From: a virus
Length of the DNA stretch: 64,000 bases
IMG/VR virus record: IMGVR_UViG_3300030381_000254
Span: 69,982-133,981 of that record
Direction: 5' to 3' (one strand)
This document shows positions 58,687-64,000 of this stretch, piece by piece (positions within the stretch are counted from its first letter, which is position 1; the number at the start of each line of letters is the position of its first letter). The notes under the pieces are model-generated. The model had not been told where the DNA came from. It saw only the letters and a list, made by a program, of their open reading frames with translations, and did no database searches. The position numbers and the translations under genes are program-made.

Positions 58687-59037
58687 ATGAACGATAATTA
58701 TTATAAAATTACTTTATCATATGAAATTCCATATAACGTCATAGATTCTCAAGATCCTAATGTAATACAGGCTAGAAATATACTTTACGAAAAATTAAAA
58801 GATAGTATTTATCCTAAATATGAGAAATTTTCAGTTAAACTTGTATTATATCAGTTAAAAGATACATTTAATTATTTAGTTACATATGAGGCTTTCTTTA
58901 GATCTTTAGATGGTAAACCTATGGAAGAATATGTAGAGGCTCGTGATCTAAAAGATAGTATTAAGAAAGAATTAGAAGATTTTTTTAATTCAGTAGATTG
59001 CGATTATAAGCAGTTAAATATTAAAACATTATTATAA
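58687..59037 (+). CDS. Hypothetical protein, 116 aa
   Basis: ORF whose stop overlaps the rpoB start. Confidence 0.35.
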   Translation: MNDNYYKITLSYEIPYNVIDSQDPNVIQARNILYEKLKDSIYPKYEKFSVKLVLYQLKDTFNYLVTYEAFFRSLDGKPMEEYVEARDLKDSIKKELEDFFNSVDCDYKQLNIKTLL

Positions 59038-62000
59038 TGAGTAATTTTAATCAATATTTTAGAAACACTGGAGTAAAAATAATGGTAGATAAGTTCTTCA
59101 GACAGAGTAATATAGATAAATATAATCCAGATAATAAAATTACTTCTTTGGATTATGAAATTATCGAAGAACCACCTCAGCCAGCTTCTTACTATATAGA
59201 AAATGGTTTGACTGCTACTCATAAAGTAAGAATTAATTATACCATTAATGAAGACGATGAACTAAAATATGCAGAATTTGAAGTACCTAAAGAAATAGAT
59301 GGAGCTTTTATTATAGAAGGAGCTTATCGTATTTCAACTAACAAAATGAATGCAGATTTTGACTGTCGTATTCGTATGTCAGGTACTGGAGAATATACAG
59401 TAAAATTCGATTATGATAGAACATATGATATAAATAAAAAGATTTTAAAGATAACTAGAATAAATCCAGATCTAGGAATTTCAGAAAAGGCTATGGATAT
59501 TCACTTTGATGATATCGATAAGACCTTAGAAACTGATAAAAAAGATATTCTTAAACTTACTGAAAGACAGTCTAAGAAATTGATGATTAAGTTGGACCTA
59601 GACTATAAACCGGAGTATATAACACAAAAGCTTATTCAAGATTGTATGGCTTTTGGAGACGATAGACTTAAGGATTTAATCATTGATAAAACTATAGAGT
59701 CTGTACCTAATGGATTTATGAAATATCTATTCAGAGATAATAATCGAAGAAACTATTATTCTGCTTGTAGAAGAATAAATTCATACTTTACTAAATATGG
59801 AAGAATACAGGATCAAGTTACTGCTATTACTACTTTATGTTTCAGATATTTTAAAGGAGCAAAAGATATCTCTACAGCAGAAACAGGAATTCAGGTTCCT
59901 CCTGGTGTAAACTCTATTAATCTAGAAGCAATCTCTAATAAAATTGTTATTCCAGATAGCATAGCATATAATACCACATTTAGTGATTTGATAGATATTG
60001 CTGATACACCTATTAATAATAATACTAATCTCCAGAATTCATTAACGGTTTCATGTCATATTACTGATGATGATATACTTTTTGATGTTTATGATAAAAA
60101 TTTTATGAGGATAACTATCCCTTACATCGATTATCTTAACCATAAAGTATGTGCATCTGAATTTGTAGATTACGAAACTAATACTATAAAACCTAATAAA
60201 GATGGACAAGTAGAAGTTAAGTATAGAATGAAACGTAGAATGGTTCCTGTAGAGGAGATAGAATTAATAGACCTACATCCTGACTATAGATTATCCGGAA
60301 CTACTAGAAGAATACCATTTGTAAATTATACTGATAGTGTTCGTATTAGTATGGGTACTTCTATGTTAAAACAAAGTATTCCATTAGTTAATGCAGAACG
60401 ACCATTAGTTGATACTGGTAGATCGGAAGAGTTAAAAGATAATATATTGAATGAGAAATTTCAATATCCAGAAGGAAAAGTAAAAGATATTACTGACGAT
60501 AAAGTAGTAATAGAGTTACCTGATGGAACTGAAACTGAAATATTAAGACGTACGGCTATTCAGAGTATAAATGATGTCGCTGTATTTACAGAGCCTAAAG
60601 TAAAGATTGGACAAAAAGTAAAACAAGGAGATATTATTACTGGAGCTGTAGGACATACACTAGATACTTATAAATCTGGAGTTAATGCATTAGTTCTTTT
60701 CCATGCATATCATGGATTAGTTAATGAGGATGCTTTGGTTATTTCAGAGTCTTTTGCAAATCGAATAGCATCTTATAGCATTATAGATTTAATGATTAAT
60801 GTTAAAAATATTAGTGCTATTAAGTGGATTGCTCCTATTGGAACTAAAGTTAAATCTAAAGATCCAGTAGTTACATTATATAAAGCAGTTCGTCTAGATG
60901 CTATAAATGCTGCTTTACAGGAAAAATTAGGAGGATTATTTGGAGAAGGAAGAGATTTAACCGAATATACTATTGAGGATCATCTAAAAGTACCTAATAA
61001 TATAGATGAAGCTTGGGTATCTGACGTTATGGTTCAAGAAATGAAGAATCCTAAAATTCCAAAATCTGTAAAAGCTCCTGATTACTCATTTGCGCATACT
61101 TCTCAAGATGTTATTAATGAGTATGAGAAAAATAAAGATAGAAAAGTAATTTATGATAAATTTCCAGAATATGTAGCAGCTGATACTTTAGATCCGATTA
61201 ATATGGATCCAGATGCATATAAAATTGTTTATACAGTTAGAATAAGACTGATTAAGAGAACAATAGGTATGATTGGATCTAAGATTACATCTAGATATGG
61301 AGGTAAAGGAGTAGTTAGCTGTGTAAAACCGGACGAACAGATGCCTATTATGGTAGATAAATTTGGAAATAAGACGAGAGTTGAAGTAGTAATGAATCCT
61401 TATTCAACTATTAATCGAAAAATTCCTAGTGTTCTTATGGAATTTGCTCTTGGAAATATTGCACATAGATTACATGATCTTGTAGATGAGTATAAGAAAA
61501 CAAAAACTGGACAGAAGAAAATTAAACCATTGTTAGAAAAATATTATCCAGGAAGATTTGACTCTATGACTATTGAAGAAATAATAGATCGTCATAATTC
61601 AAGTCCTATTGAAGAAATGTATTATTTTAATGTTGGTTGTTTTTCTACTAAATTCACACCAGAGTTAGTTAATGAATGGTCAGATGAATTAGGAGTAGAA
61701 TCTCAGAGTAAGATTCTAATGCCTGAAAATGAACTTACTGATCTCGATGAATTAAAGGAAAATTTAGATTCAGAAGAATACGAACAGGTGGTGAAAAATA
61801 TAACAGGTAAATTTATTGAAGTTGATAAGCCTCTAATGACTGGATATATGTGTTTAGAGGAGTTATATCATATACCTAGTTACTCTAATAAAGTTACCAC
61901 TAGTTTGTATGGAGTGGATGTAAATCCTAGAAGAGACGAACCTATATTAGGACGGGGAAGATATCGTTTAACTGGACAAAAGATTGATGAAATGAGTTTG

Positions 62001-62225
62001 TCAGTTCTTTTATCTAGAAATGCTAAGAAATTCATAGAAAGTACTCGTAAGGATACAGCTACTGAAGATAATCAGTTATTCTTGAATAATCTTCTTGGAT
62101 TAGGATTAACTGTGGTTGATGATAAAGGATTTAATCAAGGAGGTAGTTCTTTGAAGAAAGAATTAAATGATCTTAAAGTTAAATTCCGTCGTAAAAATAA
62201 TTTATTAAATTTGGGAGATAAATAA
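59037..62225 (+). CDS. rpoB: RNA polymerase beta subunit (compact, 1062 aa)
   Basis: MGTSMLKQSIPLVNAERPLV aligns to the beta motif NMQRQAVPL...PLV. GRGRYRLTGQKIDEMSLSVLLS aligns to GGQRFGEMEVWAL. Confidence 0.7.
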   Translation: MSNFNQYFRNTGVKIMVDKFFRQSNIDKYNPDNKITSLDYEIIEEPPQPASYYIENGLTATHKVRINYTINEDDELKYAEFEVPKEIDGAFIIEGAYRISTNKMNADFDCRIRMSGTGEYTVKFDYDRTYDINKKILKITRINPDLGISEKAMDIHFDDIDKTLETDKKDILKLTERQSKKLMIKLDLDYKPEYITQKLIQDCMAFGDDRLKDLIIDKTIESVPNGFMKYLFRDNNRRNYYSACRRINSYFTKYGRIQDQVTAITTLCFRYFKGAKDISTAETGIQVPPGVNSINLEAISNKIVIPDSIAYNTTFSDLIDIADTPINNNTNLQNSLTVSCHITDDDILFDVYDKNFMRITIPYIDYLNHKVCASEFVDYETNTIKPNKDGQVEVKYRMKRRMVPVEEIELIDLHPDYRLSGTTRRIPFVNYTDSVRISMGTSMLKQSIPLVNAERPLVDTGRSEELKDNILNEKFQYPEGKVKDITDDKVVIELPDGTETEILRRTAIQSINDVAVFTEPKVKIGQKVKQGDIITGAVGHTLDTYKSGVNALVLFHAYHGLVNEDALVISESFANRIASYSIIDLMINVKNISAIKWIAPIGTKVKSKDPVVTLYKAVRLDAINAALQEKLGGLFGEGRDLTEYTIEDHLKVPNNIDEAWVSDVMVQEMKNPKIPKSVKAPDYSFAHTSQDVINEYEKNKDRKVIYDKFPEYVAADTLDPINMDPDAYKIVYTVRIRLIKRTIGMIGSKITSRYGGKGVVSCVKPDEQMPIMVDKFGNKTRVEVVMNPYSTINRKIPSVLMEFALGNIAHRLHDLVDEYKKTKTGQKKIKPLLEKYYPGRFDSMTIEEIIDRHNSSPIEEMYYFNVGCFSTKFTPELVNEWSDELGVESQSKILMPENELTDLDELKENLDSEEYEQVVKNITGKFIEVDKPLMTGYMCLEELYHIPSYSNKVTTSLYGVDVNPRRDEPILGRGRYRLTGQKIDEMSLSVLLSRNAKKFIESTRKDTATEDNQLFLNNLLGLGLTVVDDKGFNQGGSSLKKELNDLKVKFRRKNNLLNLGDK

Positions 62226-62227
62226 TT

Positions 62228-62872
62228 ATGGAAAATAATAGTTGTTTAATGCTTAATTGCACACTTTATCTTCCTGTATCATTATCTTCCATATTTGATA
62301 AAGAAGATTTAAAAGATACAGGAATTGAAAATGAATCACATGTTACATTACTATATGCAGCTGGGAAAGAGATACCTAAAGATAATCTATTAAGTGATAT
62401 CGAAACAATTTTAGGAGATAGTGATTTTAGTTTTGATAATTTTATGGAATTCATTAAAAATGAAGAAACTGGAAAAACTGATAGAGTAATGAATTGTTTT
62501 GAACTAGGATCTTTTGAGAATGATAGCGATTATATAGTCCTAAAGATGAAACAAGAATGTAAAATATACTTTACATTAGGTCTTATTAATAAAGGACTTA
62601 GAGCTAAATATGGAGTATCATCAGAATACTCATATACACCTCATTTATCTTTAGCAGAGCTTAAACCAGGAACTGCAAGTAAGTATCTAAATAATCCAAA
62701 ATTAAATCTAATTTTAGGAGATAGTTTTGTATCATTTGAAGATTTAGTAATTTCATACGGTCCATCAAATACACCAGTAGATAGGGAAAGATATAATTTA
62801 ACAACATTTAATGTAGTTGATTATTTCTTTCATACTGAGAGAAATCGAAAAGAAAATATGGAATTAGATTAA
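62228..62872 (+). CDS. 2H phosphoesterase (LigT / cyclic phosphodiesterase-like)
   Basis: Two H-x-T/S motifs are present, SHVTLLYA and TPHLSLAE, with the spacing typical of the 2H superfamily. Confidence 0.6.
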   Translation: MENNSCLMLNCTLYLPVSLSSIFDKEDLKDTGIENESHVTLLYAAGKEIPKDNLLSDIETILGDSDFSFDNFMEFIKNEETGKTDRVMNCFELGSFENDSDYIVLKMKQECKIYFTLGLINKGLRAKYGVSSEYSYTPHLSLAELKPGTASKYLNNPKLNLILGDSFVSFEDLVISYGPSNTPVDRERYNLTTFNVVDYFFHTERNRKENMELD

Positions 62873-62904
62873 ATTTAAAGATAATTCGATAATTTTTGCA
62901 AAAA

Positions 62905-62940
62905 AGAGTAGTGAATTAATTCACTACTCTTTTCCTTTTA
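62905..62940 (+). terminator. Rho-independent terminator after 2H phosphoesterase gene
   Basis: Hairpin agagtagtgaattaattcactactct followed by tttcctttta. Confidence 0.65.
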
Positions 62941-62945
62941 TTATT

Positions 62946-62975
62946 CCTTCAAAGCCTTATATATGAGAAAATAAA
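62946..62975 (+). promoter_or_regulatory. Conserved phage promoter-like motif
   Basis: ccttcaaagccttatatatgagaaaataaa lies about 30 nt upstream of the gene at 63005. Confidence 0.5.
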
Positions 62976-63004
62976 TAAAAATTAACAATTTAAAATTAAA
63001 AATT

Positions 63005-63382
63005 ATGGAAAATGGAACAAAAAGAGAAATTGCTTTCTGGTCAGGAATATTATCAATCCTTTCTTTAATGGGGATAGGAATAGATCAAAGCATATGTGCA
63101 AATAAGTATAGATTGATAAATCTGTTAAAAGATTATAAACTCAGCTTAACGTATCTAGAAAACAGAACCAAAGAACAAAAAGAAAAGGGAGAGGATGTTG
63201 GAATGAGAATAGTTGAGCTAGGAAGTTTACAGGTAGAATCTAGCAGTATCATAGCAGAATTAGAAGCTATGAATAAGTACAAATTGTACATTAATTATTT
63301 GAGAAAAGGTTCAGAGTTAAACATGAAGTTGGACAAATTTTTCAAAAAGTTTAACTCTTTAAAGAAACAAGTAGAGGATTAA
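63005..63382 (+). CDS. Hypothetical membrane-associated protein, 125 aa
   Basis: The N-terminal hydrophobic segment is IAFWSGILSILSLMGIGI. The promoter-like motif lies upstream and a terminator downstream. Confidence 0.4.
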   Translation: MENGTKREIAFWSGILSILSLMGIGIDQSICANKYRLINLLKDYKLSLTYLENRTKEQKEKGEDVGMRIVELGSLQVESSSIIAELEAMNKYKLYINYLRKGSELNMKLDKFFKKFNSLKKQVED

Positions 63383-63404
63383 TCCTCTACTTTTATTTTT
63401 TTTT
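63371..63404 (+). terminator. Rho-independent terminator
   Basis: Hairpin gtagaggattaatcctctac followed by ttttatttttttttc. Confidence 0.7.
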
Positions 63405-63429
63405 CTTAAAAAGTACTCTAAAGAGACTT

Positions 63430-63453
63430 AATAATCTTATATATGGAGAGATA
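63430..63453 (+). promoter_or_regulatory. Conserved phage promoter-like motif (variant)
   Basis: taataatcttatatatggagagat lies upstream of the topoisomerase gene at 63535. Confidence 0.4.
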
Positions 63454-63534
63454 TATTGTGTTATCTCTCTTTTATTTGATTATTTATAATATATATTTTG
63501 AAAACTTTTAAAATTTTTATTTTAATTAATTTTT

Positions 63535-63999
63535 ATGGAAGAAAAAAAGAAAAAAGGTCCTGGTGATATTAGACAACTAGATTGGAGAGAAGCTATTCTT
63601 ACAAATCCTGAATACATGATAGGTAGTTTAACTCCAGACCCAACCGGAAAACAACCATGTGAAGGAGCATGTAATGCATTTAGAGAAATTATTGATAATG
63701 CAATTGATGTTCTGTATGATAATCCAGATTCTACTACTATAATAGTAGATACGGAAAATTTTAATGGATATAATTTTGTTGCAGATGATTCTTGGGGAAT
63801 TCCTATTAAAATGAGTGAAGTACCAGGAAAAACAATGGCACATCTTTCAATTAGTGCATTAAATTCTGGATCTAAATTTAATGGTAAAGGTGATGATACT
63901 GGAGCTCATATAGGTCGTCATGGTGTAGGTAGTTCTGTAACTAATTGTCTTAGTTCAGAGTATATATTATTATCTAAAATTACAGAAGATAATTATGAT
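63535..63999 (+). CDS. Type II DNA topoisomerase ATPase subunit (GyrB / T4 gp39-like), 3'-truncated by window end
   Basis: The start is the ATG at 63535. REIIDNAIDV resembles the GHKL motif EIVDNSIDE. GRHGVGSSVTNCLSSE resembles GLHGVGxSVVNALS. Confidence 0.65.
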   Translation, partial: MEEKKKKGPGDIRQLDWREAILTNPEYMIGSLTPDPTGKQPCEGACNAFREIIDNAIDVLYDNPDSTTIIVDTENFNGYNFVADDSWGIPIKMSEVPGKTMAHLSISALNSGSKFNGKGDDTGAHIGRHGVGSSVTNCLSSEYILLSKITEDNYD

Positions 64000-64000
64000 A

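Overview
This 64 kb window is AT-rich (about 30% GC by eye, not computed) and almost fully coding, with no rRNA, tRNA or CRISPR array that I could recognise. Everything in it points to a large, possibly jumbo, tailed bacteriophage genome, either free or integrated. It splits into two transcriptional arms, a minus-strand arm over 1..31115 and a plus-strand arm over 31250..64000. The minus-strand arm carries a lysis cassette, made of a holin, a papain-like Cys peptidase and a small lipoprotein. Next is a tail-fibre block containing a 2708-aa repeat-rich fibre, two ~900-aa fibres, one of which ends in a peptidase-S74-type intramolecular chaperone, and three consecutive genes that share one C-terminal module. 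After that come small structural-like genes, RNase H, a DUF488-like protein, a MoxR-type AAA+ ATPase paired with a VWA protein carrying an N-terminal HExxH metallopeptidase-like domain, a calcineurin-like phosphoesterase and a DUF559-like endonuclease-domain protein. The plus-strand arm carries a flotillin-like SPFH protein with E/A-rich repeats, an oppositely oriented SF2-helicase-like gene, tandem paralogs, GroES and GroEL, a compact NAD-dependent DNA ligase, dUTPase, a ParM/actin-like ATPase, a DHH phosphoesterase, a bacterial-type multisubunit RNA polymerase beta' and beta operon, a 2H phosphoesterase and the 5' end of a type II topoisomerase ATPase. The most striking result is that the beta' gene is interrupted by two group I introns. 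The P, Q, R and S core elements are visible in both. For intron 1 the boundaries satisfy U(-1)/omega-G and restore the reading frame exactly, and it carries a homing-endonuclease-like ORF. A recurrent upstream motif, AAAGCCTTATATATGAGAAAA and variants, sits in front of many plus-arm genes and is probably a phage promoter. Many stem-loop plus T-run terminators are visible. All protein calls rest on motifs read by eye from the supplied translations and none was checked by a database search.
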